Shown in pieces: positions 38,606 through 51,294 of a DNA stretch of 64,000 bases (its first letter is position 1; every line of letters starts with the position of its first letter). The notes beneath the pieces are model-generated. The model searched no databases, was not told the DNA's origin, and saw only the letters and a program-made list of their open reading frames with translations. The DNA comes from Eledone cirrhosa (Eukaryota): the NCBI GenBank assembly GCA_964016885.1, contig OZ024765.1, positions 3,658,001-3,722,000 of the forward strand, read 5' to 3'. A program made the position numbers and the translations under genes.

Positions 38606-39854
38606 TATGAAGGAAGAATTGATCCCCTAGTAATGGACTGCCACTATTTTTATAGACATTGAAAGTATGAAAAGCAATGTCAGATTTAATACAAATGAGG
38701 CCCCTTAATTGGGCCCAGAAGGAGGTAAACATTTGTTGGCAGGAAGATGGGACCCCCCCCCCCCCCCTGGTCAACGAGAAGCACACCTAAGCACAATGGT
38801 AAATCCGGCAATGATGAAAAGTAGAGTTAACCTTGGAAGGATTTGAACTGAGACCGTAGAAACCTGATATGAATACCTCAAAGCATTCCATCTGACGTCA
38901 TAACGACTCTGCCAATTCACTGCCTATTAACTCTTTCGTTGACATATTTCTACTGAAATACACTGCCTACGTATTTTGAAAATAATAAAACATTTACAGG
39001 AAATCAATAAAATTACTTAATTTTCTCATTAGTCAATTGATAATTAGAACATTACTTAATAGAAATTTCTAAAATGAAATAATTGTTTCTACTTTTGGTA
39101 CAAGGCCAGCAATTACGCAGTGCATTACTGGTACTTTATTTTATCGACCCCCGTAAGGATGAAAGGCAAAGTTAACCTTAATGGTGTCTGAATTGGGCGC
39201 AAGGCCAACAATTTTGAAGGGGGGAAAGTCGATTAAATCGAACCAGTGTGTTACTAGTACTTTATTTTATCGATCCCGTAAGGATGAAACGCAGAGCTAA
39301 CCTAAAATAAAATAATGATGGAAGTTTTAAATACAAGGATAAAATACTACAGAATGAGCAGTTTTGGATGACATATAGAGAAAGAATTGGTCCCTAAGGC
39401 GCTTTGGCATCCAAAGGGTTAAGACAGGCAAGACGGAAGTACTATTACAAAATTCAAGGCAATTTTGAAATTAGGCTTGCTATTCAGAGGGCCAAACGGG
39501 TCGCAGGGCTGGATTAAAATATCTTTCACATGGCATTTCGATTTCTAGAAATAGCAGCCAAATCTATGGACCTTAAAAAGAAGAAGGATACAGATCAGAA
39601 ATTATATTTAATTAAATTGTAAAGTTGATCAAAATTGTATGACGAAAATAAATTTTAATAAGTCTCACAGCCTCCCTCTCGCTCTTACTCTCTCTCTTTC
39701 ATTCCTACTTCTTTCTCTATCTCCCACACAACCTCACTCTTACTCTCTCTTCCTTCTTTACACTCTCTCTTACTCTATAACTATCCACTCTTCCTTCGTC
39801 ACTCACTTTTACTTTATCTCTATCACTCCCTCTACTACACGTTTTCATTAAGAG

Positions 39855-39951
39855 ACAGGAAGTAGGAGTGACGCATGCGCAGAGCGGCGTAACTGGGCTT
39901 GTTTTTTTTTAATTAACAGAGAAAAAAAATAGCAATTCCCAAACAACTGTG
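39855..39951 (+). promoter_or_regulatory. Putative ORMDL promoter and non-coding first exon
   Basis: CAGGAAGT (ETS-like) and TGACGCATGCGCA (CRE-half/NRF1-like) motifs followed by donor GTG|gtaagt at 39951/39952. Confidence 0.6.
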
Positions 39952-40332
39952 GTAAGTCCACCTTGGAATATTTATATACATGTAATTATAATATCACATT
40001 GATAATTATATTTAACACATCTATGATCCGTAATTGTATTGAAGAGCAATGTTTGCTGTGATAATTATAATTTCGTACATCTATTTTAACTTTAATTTCC
40101 ATTTTGGTGTTTTTGTGTATATATGTAGGTGTGTGTGTATATATATATATATACACCTAATGTATATATATAGATGTGTGTATATATATGTATATATAGA
40201 TGTGTGTATATATATATGTATATAGATTTGTGTATATATATGTATATAGATTTGTCTATATATATATGTATATAGATTTGTGTATATATATATATATGTA
40301 TATAGATGTGTGTATATATATGTGTATATAGA

Positions 40333-40377
<45 letters not shown>

Positions 40378-40389
40378 TCAGGAAAGGTC

Positions 40390-40431
40390 CTGATGATTTC
40401 CTTCGAATGAAACAGTTCTAGTCCTGTAGAA
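40390..40431 (+). ncRNA. Hammerhead motif (779-831 family), stem I disrupted
   Basis: CUGAUGA-UUUCCUUCGAAU-GAAA-CAG-UUCUAGUC-CUG-UA. The 5' strand of stem I is replaced by a short inverted duplication (atcatcagga aagg tcctgatgat). Confidence 0.5.
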
Positions 40432-40540
40432 GCCATTTCTATATGAAATCTTGTATATACTCTACTAATGTATTGAGTACCTTACTTACTGTGGTTACCT
40501 CCGATTGAACCTGGGATACGCACATATATATTTGTGTGCG

Positions 40541-40572
<32 letters not shown>

Positions 40573-40720
40573 TGTATGTATGTATGTATGTATGTATCTC
40601 TCTCTTTCTCTCTCTCTCTCTATATATATATATACATATATGTGTGTGTGTATATATATATCTATATATATATATATATATAAAGATATGTATACGTATA
40701 TTTATATATGTATGTATATA

Positions 40721-40819
40721 CAGGGTGTCCTCCAAAAATGTATACACTTCAATAGCATTCTAATAAATATTGCCTGTACAGGTAATCAAAGTGTGCATAC
40801 ATTTTTTCAGGTCACTCTG
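40721..40819. mobile_element. Tc1/mariner-type MITE, second copy
   Basis: TA-CAGGGTGTCC...GTCACTCTG-TA; interior is the reverse complement of 242-343. Confidence 0.7.
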
Positions 40820-41040
40820 TATATGTAAGTATGTACGTATATATGTATGTGTATATATATATATATATGTGTGTCTGTGTGTCCGATGTAAGAAGCTTTT
40901 CAGCTGTTCATGTTTTTTACCAACAATGAACACATACTCGTCCCCTCTCTCAAATAAATAGACATGATTGTATATATATATATATATACATACACACACA
41001 TTCATGTCTACATGTTTCTCTCTCTCTGTATGTATGTATG

Positions 41041-41091
<51 letters not shown>

Positions 41092-41154
41092 GTACATATA
41101 TCACTACCTTGATTAAATCTTAACCATATAACATCTCAGGGTATGTCATGTATC

Positions 41155-41217
41155 ATTATATTTTGTCTGATGAGGACGTACTGTTGTACATCCGAAATAT
41201 GTATAATAAAATGTAAT
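41155..41217 (+). ncRNA. Type I hammerhead motif, sense in putative ORMDL intron 1
   Basis: AUUAUAUUUUGU-CUGAUGA-GGAcGUAC UGUU GUACaUCC-GAAA-UAUGUA-UA-AUAAAAUGUAAU: 12-bp stem I with two GU pairs. Confidence 0.75.
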
Positions 41218-42737
41218 TGATCAAAAGAACATCTATTTTATTAATATTTGTATTTTAATATATATATATATATATATATAAGCGAGACACGGGCCAACTT
41301 GCCTCTAATGGGACAAACCCGTCAAACCCATGCATTACGTGGAAAATAGGCGTTAAACGATTGTAATGATGATGATGATAATATATATATATATATATAT
41401 ACACACACACGCTCACTCATGTCTACACATTTGTATGTCTCTCTCTCTCTCTATATATATATACACACACTCATGTCGATATGTTTGATCTCTATATACA
41501 CATACACTCATGCCGCTCTCTCTCTCTCCCCCTCTCTCTCTCTCTATATATATATATATACATACATGCATACTCATTGATCTCTCTTTATACATACACA
41601 CACTCTCATGTCTATATGTTTGTATTTCTCTATCTATCTATCTATCTTTTAAATTCCATCTGTGATAACATTTTACACGTTTTTATTGTATGTAAACTTC
41701 CCCCTTTGTATTTGTCCCCTTCTTTTGTGCCCCTGTGGCTAATAAAGAAATATATCTATCTATATATATGTGTAATCCCCGGCATGTCTTTGTATTGTCC
41801 CCTTTTCTTGTTGCGCCCTTGTGGCTGATAAAGAAACATATCTATATATATGTGTGTATGTGTACACGCACATACATTCATGTCTAGCTTTGTACGCCTC
41901 TATATATATATGTACACACACACACACATATCTCTAATTATCTATCTGTATATATATATGTACACACACACACACACACACACATATCTCTAATTATCTA
42001 TCTGTATATATATATGTACACACACACACACACACACACATATCTCTAATTATCTATCTGTATATATATATGTACACACACACACACTCATATCTCTAAT
42101 TATCTATCTGTATATATATATATATATATATGTACACACAAACACATACATTCATGTATTCATTGTTTCGTCACGGTTCGGTGGTTTTTTCTGTCTAAAT
42201 TGTTGACTAGGTTGTGTTAAGCATATGTTCAGTTAGACCTTAACATTCGCTCACTAAACCTCCCCGCCTTCAGATGTGACAACGCCTCTCTCTTATCTCG
42301 TCTTTTTAACACAGAAGGACTTGTTGTTTTTAGCTTTTATCAGAGTCTAATCATTCGCTCTACGACAGTTTTGCAGTGGTGACCTCCTGTGCACTTGACC
42401 CCTAGGGCCACACCCATACTCTTCACCATAGGCGCTCTAGCTGGCATCTCCTTCACCATCCTCCGGTGAAACGCCTTCTTTATTCTGTTCGCCTGGGCCG
42501 TGGGGCGGCGAGCTTGTGGGACCCCACTTGCTGACAATAGCGAGAGACGGGGAGGGCGAGAGAGACGGAGGCGATGACAGTGGGAGTTGGGCTCCTCTAT
42601 GTTCAGACCTGGCGTATGTGTGTGTGTGTGTGTGTGTGTATTTTTACACGAACGATCATAATTTACTGTATTTTAAATTAACCGTACTCAAATTAACTGA
42701 TCCTCCTGTATTTTCTTTTACTCAAAGCCAGTAACTT

Positions 42738-43933
42738 TTAACCCTTTAGCATTCACATTACCCCTATCTTGCTCAGAACATTGACCGCATGAAAACTGTT
42801 CAGAGACGTACAACCAAGCGCATACCCTCCATCAGACACCTACCATACTCTGAACGCCTTGCTTCCCTGATCATGTATTCATTGAAGCTCCGACGTTTGG
42901 CAATGGACTTGGTAACCACCCACAAAGTTATTAACCATCTCGCCAACAACAACCCTGAGCACCTTTTTGATCTCCATGTGTCTAACACACGTGGACATGC
43001 TTACAAAGTCAGACAACAGCACAGCTCCCATGACTTTCGTAAACATTTTTTCACGCTCAGAGTTGCTGAAGCATGGAACAAACTCCCTGCGTCAGTTGTT
43101 AGCTGCCGAGACACTGCATCCTTTAAAACCCTCACGCTTCCCGAAATACGCCAAAACTACACCTGACGTCCCCCTTCCATACACATGAACACATGTGTAC
43201 ATCATGAATCATGCACTGTTCATTTTCCTGACGTTTGTACATTACCCTATGTACTATACATACACTTTTGATGAGTTGTAGTGCACCTGAGCACTGTACA
43301 CAATATTTCATTATTATTATTATTATATATACTATTATATTTTCATGGTAAAGGCTTTACCTCACATAATATCTCACATAACATTTACATTACTCTATAT
43401 ATACTATTATATTTTCATGGTAAAGGCTTTACCTCACATAATATCTCACATAACATTCACATTACTCTATATATACTATTATATTTTCATGGTAAAGCTT
43501 TATCTCACATAATATCTCGTATAACATTCACATTACTCTATATATACTATTGTATTTTCACAGTAAAGGCTTTACCTCACATAATATCTCACATAACATT
43601 TACATTACTCTATATATACTATTATATTTTCATGGTAAAGGCTTTACTTCACATAATATCTCGTATAACATTCACATTACTCTATATATACTATTATATT
43701 TTCATGGTAAAGGCTTTATCTCACATAATAGCTCACATAACATTTACATTACTCTATATATACTATTGTATTTTCACAGTAAAGGCTTTACCTCACATAA
43801 TATCGAATCTATGAGATTTTGAAAGTATTTATTTTGAGAACAATACCTTAACATCAGTTTGAGCGACCAGTTACAGCCAGTTTCAACAGAAAGAGGTAGA
43901 GAATTTTGGCCGGTTTGAGCATTAAAGGGTTAA
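42738..43933 (+). mobile_element. piggyBac-type MITE containing a CR1 fragment and a 72-bp tandem array
   Basis: TTAA-CCCTTTAGCAT...TAAAGGG-TTAA ends; internal unit repeated about 6 times at 43325-43800. Confidence 0.8.
42765..43325 (+). mobile_element. CR1/L2-clade LINE 3' end
   Basis: VQRRTTKRIP...LPYSERL...LKLRRL...TRGHAYK...FFTLRVAEAWNKLP...FK and (TTA)n tail. Confidence 0.85.
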
Positions 43934-44164
43934 AACATATTATTGTTGACAGTAATGCCCTATAACAGAGGTTCTCAAACGTTTTGGGGGCCACTGCTCT
44001 CCTCTCAATGACGTGTGGAGCGTTATCATCATCACCACCGTTTAACGTCCATTTGTCCACGTTGGTATGGATTAGATGAGTTATCCTGTTTTGAGCAATG
44101 CTAGGTCAAGTCACCATGTCATGCTCATGCAGAACCGATTTTGGCTTGGTTTCTGCAGCTGGAT

Positions 44165-45272
44165 GCCCTTCCTAGTGCCAACCTTATTTACAGTAAGTAC
44201 TGGGTGCTTTTTGCCATGACACCTACATGACCACTTTACAGTGTGTACTGGGTGCTTTTTGTCGTGACACCTACATGACCACTTTACAGGGTGTACTGGG
44301 TGCTTTTTGTCATGACACCAACACGACCACTTTACAGTGTGTACTGGGTGCTTTTTGTCATGACACCAACAAGACCACTTTACAGTGTGTACGGGGTGCT
44401 TTTTGTCATGACACCTACATGACCACTTTACAGTAAGTACTGGGTGCTTTTTGTCGTGACACCAACATGACCACTTTACAGTGTGTACGGGGTGCTTTTT
44501 GTCATGACACCTACACGACCACTTTACAGTGTGTACTGGGTGCTTTTTGTCATGACACCAACAAGACCACTTTACAGTGTGTACGGGGTGCTTTTTGTCA
44601 TGACACCTACATGACCACTTTACAGTAAGTACTGGGTGCTTTTTGTCGTGACACCAACATGACCACTTTACAGTGTGTACGGGGTGCTTTTTGTCATGAC
44701 ACCTACACGACCACTTTACAGTGTGTACTGGGTGCTTTTTGTCGTGACACCTACATGACCACTTTACAGTGTGTACTGGGTGCTTTTTGTCGTGACACCT
44801 AGATGACCACTTTGCAGTGTGTACTGGGTGCTTTTTGTCATGACACCTACACGACCACTTTACAGTGTGTACTGGGTGCTTTTTGTCGTGACACCTAGAT
44901 GACCACTTTGCAGTGAGTACTGGGTGCTTTTTATAATGACACCTACACAACCATTTTACAGTGTGGGCAGGGTGCTTTTTGCCATGACACCTACACGACC
45001 ACTTTACAGTGTGTACTGGGTGCTTTTTATAATGACACCTACACAACCATTTTACAGTGTGGGCAGGGTGCTTTTTGCCATGACACCTACACGACCACTT
45101 TACAGTGAGTACTGGGTGTTTTTTATAATGACACCTACACAACCATTTTACAGTGTGGGCAGGGTGCTTTTTGCCATGACACCTACACGACCACTTTACA
45201 GTGTGGGCAGGGTGCTTTTTGCCATGACACCAACAAGACCACTTTACAGTGTGGACTGGGTGCTTTTTGCCG
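44165..45272. repeat. 48-bp SINE-derived minisatellite, about 22 copies
   Basis: Same unit family as 9345-9875; continuous with a minus-strand SINE 3' end at 44030-44200. Confidence 0.95.
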
Positions 45273-45446
45273 TGTATGTATATACAACATAAGGGAGATC
45301 AGGGCAAAAACAATGGAAAAAAACCCTGGAAAGAGTTAGTCCCACATCTCCTCACGCAACCTCTGTAAATCACAACAGTTTCAGTGCATTAGATGTAGAT
45401 ATGTAGTTGAATATATATATATATGTAGTTGAATATATATATATAT

Positions 45447-45795
45447 GGAGGTACATGGCTTAGTGGTTAGAGCATTGGCCTTGCAATCGAAAGGTTGTGA
45501 GTTCAATTCTCAGACCGGGTGATGTGTTGTTTCCTTGAGCAAGACACTTTATTTCACATTGCTCCAGTTTACTCAGCTGTAGAAATGAGATGATAGGGAC
45601 TAGGGTCCATATCATTCCACTGCAAAGTGGTCGTGGAGGTGCCACGGCAAAAAAGCACCCAGCACTCACTGTAAATGAGGTTGGTGTTAGGAAGGGCATC
45701 CAGCTGTAGAAATCAAGCCAGAATCAGTTCCCGTCCCACCCTTGTAAGCAGGGAAAAAGCGGACGTAAAATGAAATGATGATGAAATGATGATGA
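45447..45795 (+). mobile_element. Full-length tRNA-derived SINE (family A)
   Basis: Head tggcttagtggttagagc...gagttcaattc, body ttccttgagcaagacac, RTE-like (GAT)n tail. Near-identical to 57756-58095 and 63390-63725; partial copies at about 7989-8257, 8942-9226, 31883-32049. Confidence 0.85.
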
Positions 45796-46109
45796 TATAT
45801 ATATATATATATAATGATTTCAAATGAATGAAACTTCTAGACTTGTAGAAGTCAATTACTGTATGAAATGGATATGTACCTTCCCTATTAATGTATTGAG
45901 TACTTTATTTAACTGCAATCTGTATCTCTCTATCTTCCCTAACTGTTGATCTTCAGTTGCCATTCAACTCGCTCTCTTTACCATGTAAGGCTGAATAACC
46001 CTCCAGAATAAGGTCCAATGTGGCCTTGTGGATAGGAAGTTATACTTATGATCATAAAGCCATGGGTTTGCTTCTTGATTCAGGCAGTACATTGTGTTTT
46101 GGAATTTCA

Positions 46110-46632
46110 ACCAGCAGATAGTGTCAACAATGAAGAGACCAATGGAAACATTGTTTCCTTGGTCTGATCTGATGATCAGTTCCTTCTGGCAGGCGTTGTG
46201 ACTGACAGATAGTATCAGTAATGGAAAGACCAATGGAAACATGGTTTCCATTGTCTGATCTGATGATCAGTCCCTTTCTTCTGCCAGGAGTTGTGACTGA
46301 CAGATAGTATCAGTAATGGAAAGACCAATGGAAACATTGTTTCCTTGGTCTGATCTGATGATCAGTTCCTTCTGGCAGGAGTTGTGACTGACAGATAGTA
46401 TCAGTAATGGAAAGACCAATGGAAACATTGTTTCCTTGGTCTGATATGATGATCAGCTCCTTTCTTCTGCCAGGAGTTGTGACTGACAGATAGTATCAGT
46501 AATGGAAAGACCAATGGAGACATTGTTTCCTTGGTCTGATCTGATGATCAGCTCCTTTCTTCTACCAGGAGTTGTGACTGACAGATAGTATCATTAGGGG
46601 AAAGTCCAATGAAAACATTGTTTCATTGGTTC
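46110..46632 (+). repeat. 90-95 bp tandem array, about 5 copies
   Basis: Unit gactgacagatagtatcagtaatggaaagaccaatggaaacattgtttccttggtctgatctgatgatcag...ggagttgt. Confidence 0.92.
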
Positions 46633-46907
46633 ACCAATTCACTCCCTTCCTTTTGTTTTCATTTTTCATAAGCTTGACATACAATCCCACAGCTGACCTT
46701 GCCAAGCAGTGTTCAGTGAAAATCAAGGTATGCCCAATTGACCTTTGCTCCAGATAAGAAACTTCAGAATTTGGTTGTCATAGAAACGGTGTGAAATAAA
46801 TACTTCCGCAGAGAATCAGGGGTGTATGGGATGTTAAAAAGCTTCTATTTATTTATATCATTGAACTAGCAATGACTCATTTTTTTAATTATATCTTACA
46901 TATCTAC

Positions 46908-47646
46908 AGATCAGACCAAGGAAACAATGTTTCCATTGGTCTTTCCATTACTGATACTATCTGTCAGTCACAACTCCTGGCAGAAGAAAGGAGCTGATCA
47001 TCAGATCAGACCAAGGAAACAATGTTTCCATTAGTCTTTCCATTACTGATACTATCTGTCAGTCACGACTCCTGGCAGAAGAAAGGAGCTGATCATCAGA
47101 TCAGACCAAGGAATCAATGTTTCCATTGGTCTTTCCATTACTGATAACTATCTGTCAGTCACAACTCCTGGCAGAAGAAAGGAGCTGATCATCAGATCAG
47201 ACCAAGGAATCAATGTTTCCATTGGTCTTTCCATTACTGATAACTATCTGTCAGTCACAACTCCTGGCAGAAGAAAGGAGCTGATCATCAGATCAGACCA
47301 AGGAAACAATGTCTCCATTGGTCTTTCCATTACTGATACTATCTGTCAGTCACAACTCCTGTCAGAAGAAAGGAGCTGATCATCAGATCAGACCAAGGAA
47401 ACAATGTTTCCATTGGTCTTTCCATTACTGATACTATCTGTCAGTCACAACTCCTGTCAGAAGAAAGGAGCTGATCATCAGATCAGACCAAGGAAACAAT
47501 GTTTCCATTGGTCTTTCCATTACTGATACTATCTGTCAGTCACAACTCCTGTCAGAAGAAAGGAGCTGATCATCAGATCAGACCAAGGAAACAATGTCTC
47601 CATTGGTCTTTCCATTACTGATACTATCTGTCAGTCACAACTCCTG
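46908..47646 (-). repeat. 95-bp tandem array, about 8 copies, inverted relative to 46110-46632
   Basis: Reverse complement of the same unit; period 95. Confidence 0.95.
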
Positions 47647-48747
47647 GAAGAGGCATGGATGGTGTGGACTGGGTGCTTTTTGTTGTGTCACCTAGACAAT
47701 CACTTTACACTGAGGACTTGCATGGGAGAAGTACATGGGGATTGAAGGGGTAGTTCTAGGGTGGGATGCTTATCTGGGAAATGGCGGGAGTATATATATA
47801 CACACACGTATATACAGACATATATTTTTTTTTATTAACTTTTCACAATGACATGACATACTCACAAATGTAGTGTGTATCATACTTATTGCAAATAGTA
47901 GCAGTAGTGGTGGTGGTAGGGGTGATGGTGGTGGTTGTAGTGGTGGTAGTTGTAGCAGTGGTAGTAGTAGTTGTAGTAGTTGTAGTAGTAGTTGTAATGC
48001 TAGTAATAGTGGGAGTAGCAGTGGTGGTGGTGGTAGTAGTAGTTGTTAGTAATTTGAAAAACATACAGTGTCTTTTATTAGAAATATGCCAACAAAAGAG
48101 TCAGTGTTTATATTTATCTAAAAACTTACTCTCCAGTTTTAATCACCAACATAATAATGAGAAAACAATCACAAAATTCTTCTCCTCCCCTTCACCCTCC
48201 TTTTCACCCTCCCAATTATTCTTGGGAGGGTCATGAGGTCTGAGTCCTCAAACACTCTAGCTGGTCCTGTCAAAAGCAACCGTCTCCAAGTGATTTGGCT
48301 GCATCCCCCAAGTAAGACCAGCTGAGCTCATGGATGTTACCCAACCATCTTGCACGGAGGTCTACCCCAGGGTCTCCTGTCAGTTGGTTTTGCCCGTAAA
48401 ATCTGTCCAGTGGTTCTTTTCTGAGCCATTCTAACCACATGTCCATAGTATCGTAGCTGTGATCTCTCAATTCAGAGACGTAGGCACTCTACCTCGGGCA
48501 ACTCTCTGAGCTTTAAGCTATGCACTTTATCAAGTAACGATTTTGATGTTATTTATTTTGAGAACAATACCTTAACGTTAGTATGAACGGCTGGTTACAG
48601 CTGGTTTGAACAGAAAGAGGTGAGAGAATTCTGACCGGATACAGGTTTAAATGCTAAAGGGTTAATTAGAAATTTGGTAATGAAAGATTTAATCAATGTT
48701 TTTTCTTTTCTTTCTTTCTACAGTGACCGTCTGTAGTTTCATCGAAG

Positions 48748-48921
48748 ATGAATGTGGGCACGGCCCATAGCGATGGGAACCCCACCCATTTTTACCTGAA
48801 CAGTAAAGGAATATGGCTTACCTACATAATTATGATCTCGCTGGTCCACTTCATGCTACTTAGTGTCCCATTTTTCTCGGTACCGCTAGCATGGACCCTC
48901 ACCAATGTTGTCCATGATGTT
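48748..48921 (+). CDS. ORMDL: ORM1-like sphingolipid biosynthesis regulator, coding exon 1
   Basis: MNVGTAHSDGNPTHFYLNSKGIWLTY...SVPFFSVPLAWTLTNVVHDV|gtaagt; acceptor ttctacag ends at 48723. Confidence 0.95.
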
Positions 48922-48999
48922 GTAAGTATACTTGGTGGTATGCCACCATGCAGTTATCTTCTCTTTGTAACATCTCTACCATTTTGTAAGGATTTAGCT

Positions 49000-49447
49000 C
49001 AGAGCTTTTCAAACTTTTTTACGCCACCGCCCTCCTCACGGTCTTGTTATACCCTCAGGGCCCCCAACCCTATTTCCACGCAAATTGTAGATAATATATA
49101 ATAAATAAAATCGTTAATTTATATATAATAAACAATATATATCGACATGATCCCAGACCTCATTTGCTTAACGAGTAAAGTGGAGCTCGTTAAATCGGAC
49201 CGAGGAAACAAGGTTTCCGTTGGTCTTTCCAATTGCTAATACTATATGTGGGTCGGTCGGCTAAATAAATGTTATATATTTTTTATTTTACCATATTTAT
49301 ACATAATATGTATCATTTGTTATTTCATATACTATTATATCATTTCTACTGCCCCCTTAGGCCCCAGTGACCCCTGGATCTTCTCAACGACCCCTTAGGC
49401 CCCAGAGCCTCCCTGGACCTTCTCAATACCCACTTTGAGAACCTCTG
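49000..49447. mobile_element. hAT (Charlie-like) MITE
   Basis: TIRs CAGAGCTTTTCAAA...TTTGAGAACCTCTG; 8-bp target duplication atttagct/atttagca. Confidence 0.75.
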
Positions 49448-50946
49448 ATTTAGCAGATATCTAAACACAAGTGTGTTGATTCAAATGTTTATAGTATCTT
49501 TACTAGTAGACAGATTGTTGTGGAAATTTGCAGTATTAACGCTTAACATCCTGTAAGGATTTTACAAAAAAAAATATTTAAAAACTGGTTTGTTAATTCA
49601 AATGTTTACAGTATCTTTACTAAGTGGACATGTTGTCAGAATTTGTAGTATTAAATTCTTTAATATTTAATTTAATACAAGGGTGGTGTATTGGCAGTAT
49701 CGGTAGAGCATCAAAGAAAATTCTTTGCAACATTTCATTACGAGCGAGACACGGTCACCCGACCAATCTTGCCTCAAGTGGGACAATTCCCGTCTAACCC
49801 ATGCTAGCGTGGAAATAGATGTTAAATGATGATGATGATTTAGTTACAAATTTCTATGTTCTGAGTTCAATTCTTACCAAGGTCAACTTTGCCTTTCATA
49901 TCCTTTCGGGGTCAATAAAATAAAGTACCAGTCATGTACTGGGGTTGATTTAATCAACTTTGCCCATCCTCTGTATTTGCTGGCTTTGTGTCTAAATTAG
50001 AAATCAATATTTAATCTATTAAAGTCAATTATGCTAAACATAATGTTGTGCATCAATGATTTTTAATGAACTCTTCACATTCTGTATTGATTTTACAAAA
50101 GACATATCTAAAAAGGTATTTAATTCAAATTTGCATGTGATGCACATGGACATTAACTGATGGGTGAAGAAATGCCGAGAAATCTCAGTGGAAGGAAGCT
50201 GCAATAGAGGACGACCAAGAAAGATGGAGGCGGAGGTTGTGAGAGTGGACCACAAATTGTTAAGACTGGCAGAGGAGATGACGAAGGGACGCGACAAGTG
50301 GAGAGATGCAGTGCTGAGTAGGGCCCGTCCAACCCATGTAGGCGTGGAAAAGTGGATGTAAAAACGATGATGATGATTATGTTTACAGTATCTTTACTGG
50401 TGGACAGACAGTGTGTTGTGAAAATTTGCAATATTACAGTAAAGGCTTTAATATGTAATGTGATGCAGTCATAGTGTTGTTTTGTACTAAATGTTTATAG
50501 TATCTTTACTGGTGGACAGATTGTTGTGAACATTTACAGTATTACAGTAAAGACTTTAATATGTAATGTGATGTAGTCATAGTGTTGTTTTGAATTTTTC
50601 AAGAATGTCTTGAAATGTTTACAGTATCTTTATTGGTGGACAAATTGTTCTGTAAATTTGTGGTATTAGAGTAAAGACTCAAATATTTAATGTGATGCTA
50701 TCACTAACGTGGTTTAGATGCAAACCTGTGGGAAGAAGGTATTTGAACCCAAAACATAAATGGCTGTAGTTACATGCTGAGAAGCATGGCATCCGACCCT
50801 CTCCCGATACTGCCAATCCACTTCCCTGAATATGATGTTAATGATGATGATGATGATAAATGAGGACAGCTAAACCTACATAGGTGTAAGCTGTAAATTT
50901 CATTAAATTTCATTTCATTTTATTTTTTTTCAATCTCTCATTGCAG

Positions 50947-51098
50947 CTGATGTTTATGATCTTGCATGTAACCAAGGGTACTCCATGGGAGCCAGCTGAC
51001 CAAGGAAAAGCTCGAATGCAAACACAATGGGAACAAATTGACTATGGCCAACAATTCACCGCAACTAAAAAGTTTTTGACTACTGTCCCAATTCTCTT
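50947..51098 (+). CDS. ORMDL: ORMDL coding exon 2
   Basis: ttgcag|[50 protein letters not shown]|gtgagt. Confidence 0.95.
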
Positions 51099-51294
51099 GT
51101 GAGTAATCGTTTTTATTGTTCGTTCCTAACAAACATTATACCAACAGAGATATATATTTCTCCGTTGTTACGAGCCGTCTATCTTATGAGGTACTTTTAG
51201 TTAAATCATTGAAACTACAGGTGGTCTAAAAGTTGATGAGTGTATTTAAATGTTTGTGATTTCCTCTCATTTATTTTATTCCTTCCTATCTCTG

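Noticed and set aside
44111-45142. 343-aa Cys/His repeat ORF resembling a zinc-finger array
   Set aside because: The 48-bp unit is a SINE internal segment; spacing does not fit C2H2 and the ORF runs into the SINE tail.
45964-46251. 95-aa minus-strand ORF leaving the 95-bp array
   Set aside because: No recognisable domain or splice context; half of it is repeat unit.
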